The notes under the pieces are model-generated. The model was not told the origin of the DNA and ran no database searches. It saw only the letters and a list, made by a program, of their open reading frames with translations. From assembly GCA_038152995.1 (NCBI GenBank), contig JAYOXT010000003.1, positions 13,941-77,940 on the forward strand: a stretch of DNA of 64,000 nucleotides. Direction: 5' to 3'. The DNA is from Opitutales bacterium (lineage in GTDB: Bacteria; Verrucomicrobiota; Verrucomicrobiia; Opitutales; Seribacteraceae). Positions 8,184-16,605 of the stretch are shown piece by piece (positions within the stretch are counted from its first letter, which is position 1; each line of letters begins with the position of its first letter). Position numbers and translations under genes: made by a program.

Positions 8184-11100
8184 TTAATAATTAATCCGTG
8201 GAGGATAAGCCAATGTAAAATCTTCTCGATCCAAAGTGAGGTTTGGGTTGTATGTTGAATCATTTAACAAATTGTCATTCCACCGTTCCTTCATATATGA
8301 AACTTCTTTTTGGAACCTTTTTATCTTATCTGGTGTTTCATCACTTCCTCTTGAAGCAGACTCATGGTGGTATAATAGGGCGTATGGAGTCCATAAGTTC
8401 CTGTAGCCGGCTTTCCTAACTCGGATACAAAAATCGACATCGTTAAAAGCTACAGCAAGGTTTTTAGCGTCTAACCCTCCCACTTCGTTAAAAACTTCTC
8501 TTCTAACAGCTAAGCATGCAGCTGTTACGGCTTCATAATTTTGAGATAACTTCAGTCTTAAGCGCGAGCCAGTATGGTTTTTCTCAAAACCTCGATATGC
8601 GTGTCCTGCGACCCCGCCCAATCCGAGAATTACACCCGCGTGCTGAATCGTATCATCGGGGTAAAGAAGTTTAGCACCAACACAACCAATTTCAGGTCTA
8701 ATTGCATGAGAAACTAATTCTCTTAGCCAACCTCTCTCAATTACTTCGATATCATTGTTCAATAGTATAATAATATCACCCCTTGCTTCTTCGACTCCTT
8801 TGTTATTGATAGCGGAGTAATTAAATGGACCTGATATTTTTTTAACTTTTATTCGATAATCTTTTTGAATCTCATCGAAGTACAAAAGGGTTTCAACCAG
8901 TTCAGAGTCATTATCTAAAATAATAATTTCAAATTCTTTATAATCCGTTTTTTTAAGCACGCTTTTTAGGCAGACTTTTAGCAGGTTTATCTTGTCTTTT
9001 GTTGGGATAAGAATTGAAACGAGCGGTGGTTTAGAGGGTAACCTTCTTATAATTCGCCAATAACTATATTTTTTACTTTCAATGGAAATTTCCGCGTTTA
9101 TGTGCCTTCTTGCCACTGCATCCTTTAGCGTTTTTCCAGCAGCATCTATTACATAGCTTTTGAATTTAACTGATTTTGCAGTTGAGGTGTCACTTTTTCT
9201 CCAATGGTACAAAATCTCTGGTATATGATAAATTTCTTCGTCATGTAACTTTTCCGTGAGTCTTAAAAACAAATCCCAGTCTTGCGCTCCTTCGTATCCT
9301 TCTCGAAAGCCTCCTAGTTGATCAAAGATATCTGCATTACAGCAGGTCAGGTGACAAAGATAGTTTTGTGAGAGGAGAAGTTCTGGATTCCAGTCTGGTT
9401 TGAAATAGGGGTCGGTCCTGGTGCCCTTTGCATCAATTTTGTCTTCATCTGAATAGAGCAATTTTACTTCTTGGTTTTCTGCAATAACCTCAGCAATTCT
9501 AAGAAGACTGTGTGGGCGAAGTAAATCATCGTGATCCAGGAATAAGAAGTATTCGCCAGTTGCCATATTCGCAGCTAAATTGGATGCATAAGAGATATGT
9601 CTATTTTGAGATTTGAAAGTTATTTTGATTCTTTCATTTGCATTTGCATATTCCTCAAGGACTTGGATTACGGATTGGTTCGTTGACGCATCGTCCACTA
9701 TGCATAGCTCCCAGTTATCGTAAATTTGATCGATCACTGAGTCGATGGCACACTTTAAAAAATATGAGGATGGATTGTAGACCGGCATGATCACGGAAAG
9801 AAGAGGCTTTCGGCTAAGTGATTCATTCCTTGATTTAAAATTTATAAGGTCAGACGCACTGATTGTGTCATATCTTTTTGTCCAGTCACTGTAGGACCTA
9901 AGTGCTATTGGCGGAGCTTGATCATATGAAAAGCATCGTCCTTCTTGTTTCCCAAATGTTAGATAGTGTTGTTTAGCTGCCTCTAGATTATTTCCAAATA
10001 CTTTTTGTAAATCTGGATTTAGGTCTAGATAGGTAATAGCGTCGAAAGCAACGATAGAGTCTCTTTGAAATGGATCGAATAGTTTCCTCCTAAGAAACCG
10101 TAGGAAACTCGTAGACTTCCAGGAAAAAGAATTTTCCATTCTTACAATCTTATCTCTTTGAACATTAAGATCATTTTCATGTTTGAGTCTTAATTGGTTT
10201 AAATGTTGATACTTTCCTTGTAGGTCAGAATTGAGTAGTTTTTCAGATGAAAGCTGAGTTTTCGTATCTTGAAGTGTATGCTTAGACTGCAGTAACTCAT
10301 TCGAAAGCTTGGCTATTTCAGCTTCTTTTGCATGACTTATTCGCTTTTCATTTTGTAGCTCTTCAGTGATGTTCTTTTTAAGTTTTCTTTCTGATACTAA
10401 TTTTCCCAATACGGATGAGATTTCCCCTTCTTTCTTAATTCTGGCATTTTTTTCGATAATTAGGTCGTTCTGTAACCTTTGAATACTTTTTTTTGTTTCG
10501 TCTATTTTCCTTTGAAGTGAAGTTATTTTTTCCTCATCTGTTTTCTTTAACTCTTTAGCTTTTAAAATTTCTGTTTGATAGGAAGAAATGGCATTCTGAT
10601 TCTCAATGAGCCTCGATTCCTTATTTGCTGAATTAAGCCTTTCTAAAGCTAGCTCCGATTCAAGAGTGGAGCGGTATTCTTTTTCTTTGTCTAAACTTTC
10701 GTCTAAAATTTTCTTTTCGACTCTTTCTTTAGCTAGGGCATTGGAAGAATCTTGAAGGGCAGTACTTATTCCTTTTACCAAAAATGGTTTCTTTTCGGAA
10801 TCTACGACAAAGTATTCCTGAGTATGTAAAATTGCTCTAAGAAGATCGGCCCCGGCGAAGTTTTTATAGGCGGGTCCCGTATGTATATGTTGATTTAAAA
10901 TGGTTTGCCTGAGTAGGTGATAAACAGTCAAGAATGGTGAAATCGTGCCTAATTTCTCTTTGATTGCCGGTAGGTTTTGGAATTTAGGGTTAGAGAAGTT
11001 TGAGAGACGTATCCAATCTTCGTCATGAAAATGAGTTTTGTGGGCAAATTCACAATCGATAATTCTAAAATCATGAGAGTCATTAACCAAAATATTTCTC

Positions 11101-11693
11101 GCTGCTAAGTCTCCTGTTGACCATCTGATGGTGGGCGAGTGGGATTTAGTTAAATTATCAAGGTTTGAAAAAATGAATTTTTTCAGAAAATCTCTGTCCA
11201 AGGTATGGAATCTTTTATTGCTGATAACTTCGTTTTTGAATACTTCCAATTCCTTCTCGCATGCATCTTTTGAGGATTCTTCTTTAGATGAATTTAAATT
11301 CTCGTAGAGATTGTTAACAATGTCAGAAACCTGACTTTCCGTGACTTTTCCCAATGCGAATCTTTCATCGATTGGACTACCACTAAAGAATTCTTGACCA
11401 AACAAATCAAAATTTTCTGACTTTTTCAAAAAGAGTGGCTTGCAGGTATACCTAGGGAGTATGTCGTTGATAATACTAGTTTTTTTGAAAACTTCATCCA
11501 GGTGGGGAGCTAGGGTTAGATGAATTATAGAAGTATTATCAATCACTAGCTTGAAACACCTTTTTCTGGTATCTTCTTGGTTTTCTGAAGTGCTCAGCTC
11601 CTGTACATCATCTAATGAAATTGTTTCAATAATCTCATCGGGTAATAGATTGTAAATATCCTCCAAAGAGACGCAATGGATGTGTTTATTCAT
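8184..11693 (-). CDS. Multidomain glycan biosynthesis protein: N-terminal kinase-like (APH/ePK fold) domain, ~200-aa coiled coil, two GT2 glycosyltransferase domains
   Basis: Kinase catalytic signature 'WSTGDLAARNILVNDSHDFRIIDCEFA' (approx nt 11693-10760). A heptad-rich K/E/L/Q segment runs from 'ALAKERVEKKILDESLDKEKEYRS' to 'LRLKHENDLNVQRDKIVRMENSFSWKSTSFLRFLRRK' (approx nt 10720-10120). GT2 #1 is 'LLSVIMPVYNPSSYFLKCAIDSVIDQIYDNWELCIVDDAST...FLDHDD' (from ~9808). GT2 #2 is 'LVSILIPTKDKINLLKVCLKSVLKKTDYKEFEIIILDNDS...LLNNDIE' (from ~9030). Confidence 0.8.
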   Translation of the reverse strand: MNKHIHCVSLEDIYNLLPDEIIETISLDDVQELSTSENQEDTRKRCFKLVIDNTSIIHLTLAPHLDEVFKKTSIINDILPRYTCKPLFLKKSENFDLFGQEFFSGSPIDERFALGKVTESQVSDIVNNLYENLNSSKEESSKDACEKELEVFKNEVISNKRFHTLDRDFLKKFIFSNLDNLTKSHSPTIRWSTGDLAARNILVNDSHDFRIIDCEFAHKTHFHDEDWIRLSNFSNPKFQNLPAIKEKLGTISPFLTVYHLLRQTILNQHIHTGPAYKNFAGADLLRAILHTQEYFVVDSEKKPFLVKGISTALQDSSNALAKERVEKKILDESLDKEKEYRSTLESELALERLNSANKESRLIENQNAISSYQTEILKAKELKKTDEEKITSLQRKIDETKKSIQRLQNDLIIEKNARIKKEGEISSVLGKLVSERKLKKNITEELQNEKRISHAKEAEIAKLSNELLQSKHTLQDTKTQLSSEKLLNSDLQGKYQHLNQLRLKHENDLNVQRDKIVRMENSFSWKSTSFLRFLRRKLFDPFQRDSIVAFDAITYLDLNPDLQKVFGNNLEAAKQHYLTFGKQEGRCFSYDQAPPIALRSYSDWTKRYDTISASDLINFKSRNESLSRKPLLSVIMPVYNPSSYFLKCAIDSVIDQIYDNWELCIVDDASTNQSVIQVLEEYANANERIKITFKSQNRHISYASNLAANMATGEYFLFLDHDDLLRPHSLLRIAEVIAENQEVKLLYSDEDKIDAKGTRTDPYFKPDWNPELLLSQNYLCHLTCCNADIFDQLGGFREGYEGAQDWDLFLRLTEKLHDEEIYHIPEILYHWRKSDTSTAKSVKFKSYVIDAAGKTLKDAVARRHINAEISIESKKYSYWRIIRRLPSKPPLVSILIPTKDKINLLKVCLKSVLKKTDYKEFEIIILDNDSELVETLLYFDEIQKDYRIKVKKISGPFNYSAINNKGVEEARGDIIILLNNDIEVIERGWLRELVSHAIRPEIGCVGAKLLYPDDTIQHAGVILGLGGVAGHAYRGFEKNHTGSRLRLKLSQNYEAVTAACLAVRREVFNEVGGLDAKNLAVAFNDVDFCIRVRKAGYRNLWTPYALLYHHESASRGSDETPDKIKRFQKEVSYMKERWNDNLLNDSTYNPNLTLDREDFTLAYPPRINY

Positions 11694-12984
11694 CTGATGA
11701 CTTCAGATCACTAAGGTGGATTCTACTGAAGCAGTTAGAAATTCCAAATGATTCATTCTGGTTAAAAATTTCAAACTCCAAGCATTCCCTTAGCCGGTGC
11801 ACCACTTGAAGTTCGTCGTTTTCGTAGAATGTAAAACCTATGGAGACAAGATATTTTCCAATACCCAAGTTGGCTTCTTGGGTGAATTTGACAGTCAAAC
11901 AATCTCCTTTCTCTAAGTTTGGGGTGTTGAGATTTTGAAATTTTGTGTTCGTACCATAGATCTCTTGACCCTTAACATCTCGAATACGAAGAGCGAAAAT
12001 TGGCTTAGCAATTCTGCTCAATGATAGTATATCGAATGTAACGGAGAATTCATTTCCAGATCTGATAATTGCTGACTTTGCATCATTGATCATCACATTT
12101 CTAATCTTCCCGAGTGTTCCGCCGTAAGAAATTTGTTTAATGCCATCATCACTTTCATTGAAAATACTTTGCTGTGGATTTTCTTCCGAAGATGAGTTGA
12201 TCTTTTCTGTTTTTTCGGAACTGCGATCGGATATTATCTTGGAGTACTCATTAATCACATTAATTGACCTGCCTTGACAGACTAGTCTTCCGTGTTGAAG
12301 CAAAATTGAGCGATCACATAATTTTGCAATACTGTTTAAATCATGTGATACGAGAATAAGAGTCCCACCACGCTCTTTGAATCTTTCCAGAAATGAAAAG
12401 CATTTCATTTGAAATCTTGCATCACCTACTGCGAGTGCTTCATCAATGACTAGGATGTCTGCATCGAGATTTGACGCCACCGCAAAAGCAAGACGAAGAT
12501 TCATACCACTCGAATAGGTTTTCAAGGGTTGAGTGATATGATCTCCAATATCTGCAAAATCTATAATATTCTGCAGCCTTTGATTGATTTCATTCTTGGA
12601 AAGATTATAGAGTGACCCAGTTAGGAATATATTTTCAATGCCACTGAATTCTGGATTGAATCCTGATCCTAGCTCTAGCAAAGCGGTAATTCTCCCATTT
12701 GTTTTGATGGTTCCAGAAGTGGGTTGAAGTGTTCCAACAATTATTTGCAGTAAAGTACTTTTACCTGAACCGTTCAATCCGATGATACCCAAGGATTGAT
12801 GTTGGTTGAGAGAGAAACTAACTTTGTCTAAAGCTTTAAATGAAGAAATTGATCGGTTCTCTCTTGTATTAGTAAACAGGGCATTGATCAGTCCATTCCA
12901 TCCAGGTTTACTTAAATTTTTTGAGTTTCCAGAAACATCAAATTCTTTTGAAATGTTTGATGCCTCGATGGCGTAATTCGACAT
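11686..12984 (-). CDS. wzt: O-antigen/teichoic-acid-type ABC exporter ATP-binding protein (Wzt/TagH family) with a C-terminal carbohydrate-binding-type domain
   Basis: Walker A 'GLNGSGKSTL', signature 'YSSGMNLRLAFA', Walker B 'ILVIDEALAVGD', H-loop 'LILVSHD'. The extra ~170-aa C-terminal beta-rich domain ('IRSGNEFSVTFDILSLSRIAKPIFALRIRDVKGQEIYGTNT...') is as seen in Wzt proteins that read a capped glycan terminus. It overlaps the downstream gene by 8 nt. Confidence 0.8.
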   Translation of the reverse strand: MSNYAIEASNISKEFDVSGNSKNLSKPGWNGLINALFTNTRENRSISSFKALDKVSFSLNQHQSLGIIGLNGSGKSTLLQIIVGTLQPTSGTIKTNGRITALLELGSGFNPEFSGIENIFLTGSLYNLSKNEINQRLQNIIDFADIGDHITQPLKTYSSGMNLRLAFAVASNLDADILVIDEALAVGDARFQMKCFSFLERFKERGGTLILVSHDLNSIAKLCDRSILLQHGRLVCQGRSINVINEYSKIISDRSSEKTEKINSSSEENPQQSIFNESDDGIKQISYGGTLGKIRNVMINDAKSAIIRSGNEFSVTFDILSLSRIAKPIFALRIRDVKGQEIYGTNTKFQNLNTPNLEKGDCLTVKFTQEANLGIGKYLVSIGFTFYENDELQVVHRLRECLEFEIFNQNESFGISNCFSRIHLSDLKSSDE

Positions 12985-13099
12985 TTTAAAGGTTTGTGAC
13001 TGATTTAAGCATGTAATCGGACTTTGTTACCTAGCATTATCATGAGGTTAACTCCACACCATTTTTTAGTCTGAAAAATAGTCTCAAACCGATATTTAA

Positions 13100-13125
13100 T
13101 AGTTTAATTATTGAAAATTAAACTA
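13100..13125. promoter_or_regulatory. Perfect 10-bp inverted repeat (6-nt spacer) in the AT-rich leader upstream of wzt
   Basis: 'tagtttaatt' - 'attgaa' - 'aattaaacta'. It lies in the 340-bp non-coding AT-rich stretch 12985-13326. Confidence 0.2.
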
Positions 13126-13326
13126 ATTATTATATGACAATTATAACTGTATTAGGTAATCAATCCAAAACGATTGACTACTGGTTTTTCTATAAGCAGA
13201 AAGTAAATTTTTCTCAAAATTAAGTAAATTCAAAATCAATTTTATGAGCTTTGGAATTTGCTAATTTGGATTAAAGAATTACGACGACTTACACTTCACC
13301 ATTGAAACATCTGCCAAAGAGATTTG

Positions 13327-13616
13327 CAAAAAATCTTTTGAACAAGAAAAGGGCTAGCGGTTTTCGCTAGCCCTTTTTTGTTTTAAATTTTCTGAAGGAC
13401 AACAAGATCTTGATGATTTCCAATGATTGACTCGTAGTATTTTGTTATTTTGAGATCTTTGGTCCATTTCTTTGCGATTTGACCTAAGGTGTTGTATGTA
13501 TCTCGATAGTAGCGATTCTCAGGAACAGACCCTTTGAGAATAAAATTTTCACTATGGTCGTAAAACCCATACATAAAAGCTCTTGAAACCCATCTTCGGG
13601 AATCCCTCTCAGAGCA
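13327..13616. repeat. Direct repeat copy B (~290 bp)
   Basis: Aligns with 6298-6588 (see copy A). It is bounded by the palindromic 9-mer 'atttgcaaa' at 13322-13330 and again at 13618-13626. Confidence 0.9.
13351..13380. terminator. Duplicated copy of the 6321-6350 terminator hairpin
   Basis: 'gggctagcg' loop 'gtttt' 'cgctagccc', followed by T6. Confidence 0.6.
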
Positions 13617-13625
13617 AATTTGCAA
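13383..13625 (-). pseudogene. 3' remnant of a methyltransferase gene (paralogous to the C-terminus of 6354-7397), truncated and frameshifted
   Basis: The translation '...GFYDHSENFILKGSVPENRYYRDTYNTLGQIAKKWTKDLKITKYYESIIGNHQDLVVLQKI' matches the last ~63 aa of the intact gene. Nucleotide homology continues ~45 nt further 5', but a 1-nt deletion (tgtaagggttttt vs tgtatgggtttt) breaks the frame. There is no N-terminal methyltransferase domain. Confidence 0.85.
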
Positions 13626-13677
13626 ATCTGGCGCGCAAATGTTGCAAACCCTTTTTTACTAGCTTCAAGTCGAGAAA

Positions 13678-14592
13678 ATGTTGATGAATCGACACCTCCA
13701 AGATAAACAGATTTGGATGATAATTTTACTTGGTGCCAATGGCTATGTTGGTCAGACGATCACAAATACCCTTGAGCATAATCAAATCTCAATTACATCA
13801 CTCACAAGGGGTGATTTCGATTATTACGATGCCAAAAGACTGAGAAATTTTTTAGCATCCAACCAATCGAAGTTTTTGATTAACTGTGCTGGGTTTACGG
13901 GCAAACCGAATGTGGACGCTTGTGAATCTGCAAAGTATGAGTGTTTGCAAGGAAATGCCGTGTTACCAGGAATTATTCGAGAAGTTTGCGAGGATTTAAA
14001 AATTCCTTGGGGGCATGTGTCGAGTGGGTGTATTTATTCAGGTAGGCGAGCGGATGGGGGTGGTTGGAGAGAAGAAGATGAACCGAATTTTTCTTTTCGA
14101 TCCCCACCATGCAGTTTTTACAGCGGAACAAAAGCCTTAGGCGAAGAAGTTTTGGAAGGGGCAGAGAACTGTTTTGTCTGGCGGTTACGCATTCCATTCA
14201 ATCATGAGCCCAGTCCGAGGAATTACCTACAAAAGCTTTTGAATTATGAAAATCTACTTGAAGCGGAGAATTCGGTTTCTCATCTCGAAGAGTTTTGCAC
14301 AAAATGTATCGAATGCTTCACCAAGGATGTCGAACCCGGAATGTACAATATGACCAATCCGGGATCTATAACAACTCGGCAAGTAACCGAATGGATGATC
14401 AGGGAAGGACTCACTGACAAAAAATTTAATTTCTTTGAATCGGAGAAAAATTTTATGGCTAAGGCAGCAATTGCTCCCCGTTCCAACTGTGTTTTGGATA
14501 CTGCCAAGGCTGGCAAAGCAGGAATCGGAATGCGACCAGTAGAGGAGGCGATGATTGACTCAATTCGCAAAATGAAGCAAGGAAGGCATTGA
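13678..14592 (+). CDS. NRS/ER-type NAD(P)-dependent 4-keto-6-deoxyhexose 3,5-epimerase/4-reductase (rhamnose synthase, RmlD-related)
   Basis: Close motif-by-motif resemblance to the plant/viral NRS/ER family: 'AGFTGKPNVDACES', 'SSGCIY', 'REEDEPNF', 'FYSGTKALGEEVL', 'LRIPF...PRNYLQKLLNYE', 'MYNMTNPGSITTRQV', 'APRSNCVLDTAK'. The likely true start is the ATG at 13717 ('MIILLGANGYVG'). Confidence 0.7.
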   Translation: MLMNRHLQDKQIWMIILLGANGYVGQTITNTLEHNQISITSLTRGDFDYYDAKRLRNFLASNQSKFLINCAGFTGKPNVDACESAKYECLQGNAVLPGIIREVCEDLKIPWGHVSSGCIYSGRRADGGGWREEDEPNFSFRSPPCSFYSGTKALGEEVLEGAENCFVWRLRIPFNHEPSPRNYLQKLLNYENLLEAENSVSHLEEFCTKCIECFTKDVEPGMYNMTNPGSITTRQVTEWMIREGLTDKKFNFFESEKNFMAKAAIAPRSNCVLDTAKAGKAGIGMRPVEEAMIDSIRKMKQGRH

Positions 14593-15647
14593 TGAAGTGT
14601 GTGATTGTTACCGGTGGGCTCGGTTTTATCGGGTCCAATTTTATACGGATTTTACTGGAGCAGACCGAATGCGAACGGGTGATCAACTTGGATAAACAAA
14701 CCTATGCTGGCAACCCGGAGAATCTGGCTGAATTTGAAGGTGATTCCCGATATGTTTTTGTCCGTGGTGACATTGTGGACGGAGAGTTAGTTACCTCCCT
14801 CTTAAATGACCATCAACCCGATGCGTTGATCAACTTCGCGGCAGAAAGCCATGTCGATCGTTCGATCGATGGGCCGGAACCATTTGTGCAAACCAATGTA
14901 GTGGGCACCCTCAAGCTTCTAGAGTCCTTTAGAGCGTACCACGACGCTCAATCTGAGCACAGGAGGAGTAATCTTCGGTTTCTCCATGTCTCCACCGATG
15001 AAGTGTATGGTTCTCTTAGTGCAGATGATCCAGCTTTTTGCGAGACTACTCCTTATGCACCGAATAGTCCTTACTCGGCATCCAAGGCGGGAGCGGATCA
15101 TATAGTCCGGTCGTACCACCACACCTACGGGTTGCCGGTTCTCACCACCAACTGCTCCAACAATTATGGTGCCTACCAATTTCCTGAGAAACTGATTCCG
15201 CTGATGATTCTCAATGCTTTGGAAGGAAAGAACCTTCCGATCTATGGTGATGGGGCCAATGTGCGCGATTGGTTGCATGTGGAGGATCATTGCTCGGCCA
15301 TTTGGGCGGTTCTGCTGGGTGGAAGAGTGGGGGAAACCTATTGCATCGGCGGAAATTCGGAACGTACCAACCTGCAGGTTGTGGATACAATCTGCCAGTT
15401 GCTCGATGAAGTCCGCCCCGCGGGAGCACCCCACCAGGATTTAAAAACATTTGTGAAGGACCGACCGGGTCACGATCGCAGGTATGCGATTGATTGCAGT
15501 AAAATTACTGAAGAGCTTGGTTGGTCACCGAAATACGGATTTAAGGAGGGAATGGCCAACACGGTGAGCTGGTATTTGTCCAATCTTAGTTGGTGTGAGA
15601 ATGTAACATCTGGGAAATACCAACGGGAAAGGCTGGGAGCTTCATGA
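14589..15647 (+). CDS. rfbB: dTDP-glucose 4,6-dehydratase
   Basis: '[14 protein letters not shown]', 'HVSTDEVYG', '[22 protein letters not shown]', '[17 protein letters not shown]', 'RDWLHVEDH'. 4-nt overlaps with both neighbours. Confidence 0.9.
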   Translation: MMKCVIVTGGLGFIGSNFIRILLEQTECERVINLDKQTYAGNPENLAEFEGDSRYVFVRGDIVDGELVTSLLNDHQPDALINFAAESHVDRSIDGPEPFVQTNVVGTLKLLESFRAYHDAQSEHRRSNLRFLHVSTDEVYGSLSADDPAFCETTPYAPNSPYSASKAGADHIVRSYHHTYGLPVLTTNCSNNYGAYQFPEKLIPLMILNALEGKNLPIYGDGANVRDWLHVEDHCSAIWAVLLGGRVGETYCIGGNSERTNLQVVDTICQLLDEVRPAGAPHQDLKTFVKDRPGHDRRYAIDCSKITEELGWSPKYGFKEGMANTVSWYLSNLSWCENVTSGKYQRERLGAS

Positions 15648-16528
15648 AAAAGAGAAAGGGTATTGTCTTGGCGGGTGGGTCGGGTACCCGGTTGTATCCC
15701 TTAACCATGGCTGTAAGTAAGCAATTGATGCCCGTCTACGACAAGCCGATGGTCTACTACCCTATATCGATTCTGATGCTTGGTGGCATCAAGGAAATTT
15801 TGATTATTTCGACGCCCAGGGATCTTCCTATGTTTCAAGAATTGCTCGGGGATGGTTCAAGATTTGGGGTTTCTTTTTCTTACGCAGAACAACCCAGTCC
15901 GGATGGATTGGCCCAGGCCCTTATCATTGCCGAGGCATTCCTTGATGGTTCTTCCTCGACTCTTATTCTTGGGGATAATATTTTTTACAGTAATGAATTA
16001 GAGCATATCCTGGCAGAAGCGGATAGCCGGGAAAAAGGAGCAACTATCTTTGGTTATCATGTATCCGATCCTACAAGCTATGGCGTAGTCGAGTTTGATA
16101 ACAATGGCCGTGCAATTTCTCTCGAAGAAAAACCGCAAGAACCCAAATCCAACTATGCAGTCCCCGGACTCTATTTTTATGACGAGCTTGCCAGTGAGCG
16201 AGCCAAGGCATTGGATCCCTCCCCCCGAGGCGAACTCGAAATCACCGATCTTAACCGTGTCTATCTGGATGCGGGTGAATTGTCGGTTGAGGTAATGGGG
16301 CGGGGAACAGCCTGGTTAGATACCGGGAACCACGATAGCCTGGCATCTGCGACTGATTTTGTAAAAGTGATCGAAAGAAGGCAGGGGCTGAAAATTGCCT
16401 GTCTTGAGGAAATAGCTCTTTATAAAGGTTGGCTGAGCCTGGAAGAATTGAAGGACGCCGCCAACACTCATGGTTCGTCCACCTATGGGAAATACCTCCA
16501 CGATTTGTACGCTAGAAAATCTAAATAG
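15644..16528 (+). CDS. rfbA: Glucose-1-phosphate thymidylyltransferase
   Basis: '[38 protein letters not shown]', 'SPDGLAQA', 'LGDNIFY', '[20 protein letters not shown]'. Confidence 0.9.
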   Translation: MKKRKGIVLAGGSGTRLYPLTMAVSKQLMPVYDKPMVYYPISILMLGGIKEILIISTPRDLPMFQELLGDGSRFGVSFSYAEQPSPDGLAQALIIAEAFLDGSSSTLILGDNIFYSNELEHILAEADSREKGATIFGYHVSDPTSYGVVEFDNNGRAISLEEKPQEPKSNYAVPGLYFYDELASERAKALDPSPRGELEITDLNRVYLDAGELSVEVMGRGTAWLDTGNHDSLASATDFVKVIERRQGLKIACLEEIALYKGWLSLEELKDAANTHGSSTYGKYLHDLYARKSK

Positions 16529-16538
16529 AGGAAAACAT

Positions 16539-16562
16539 ATCAACGCATCATGATGCGTTGAT
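16539..16562. other. Perfect 24-nt palindrome between rfbA and metK (weak terminator or protein-binding site)
   Basis: 'atcaacgcatca|tgatgcgttgat'. It lies 11 nt after the rfbA stop and 44 nt before the metK start. No U-tract follows it. Confidence 0.35.
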
Positions 16563-16605
16563 GAATAAACTTGCGCCCTGATCTTGGTTTTGATTCCATA
16601 AAGGG

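Noticed and set aside
8174-8263. Upstream start for the second methyltransferase
   Set aside because: It gives an 80-nt overlap with the glycosyltransferase gene and a hydrophobic, unconserved-looking leader. The internal ATG at 8173 is more plausible, though not proven.
14919-15434. 171-aa minus-strand ORF inside rfbB, with similar shadow ORFs at 32279-32797, 43029-43616, 46200-46778 and 33288-33803
   Set aside because: These are antisense or off-frame to genes with unambiguous family motifs, and none has recognisable domains.
16529-16605. Possible SAM riboswitch upstream of metK
   Set aside because: The gap is only 77 nt and, apart from the perfect palindrome, I could not fit SAM-I, SAM-II or SAM-V consensus elements by eye. 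A covariance-model scan (Rfam/Infernal) would be the decisive test.
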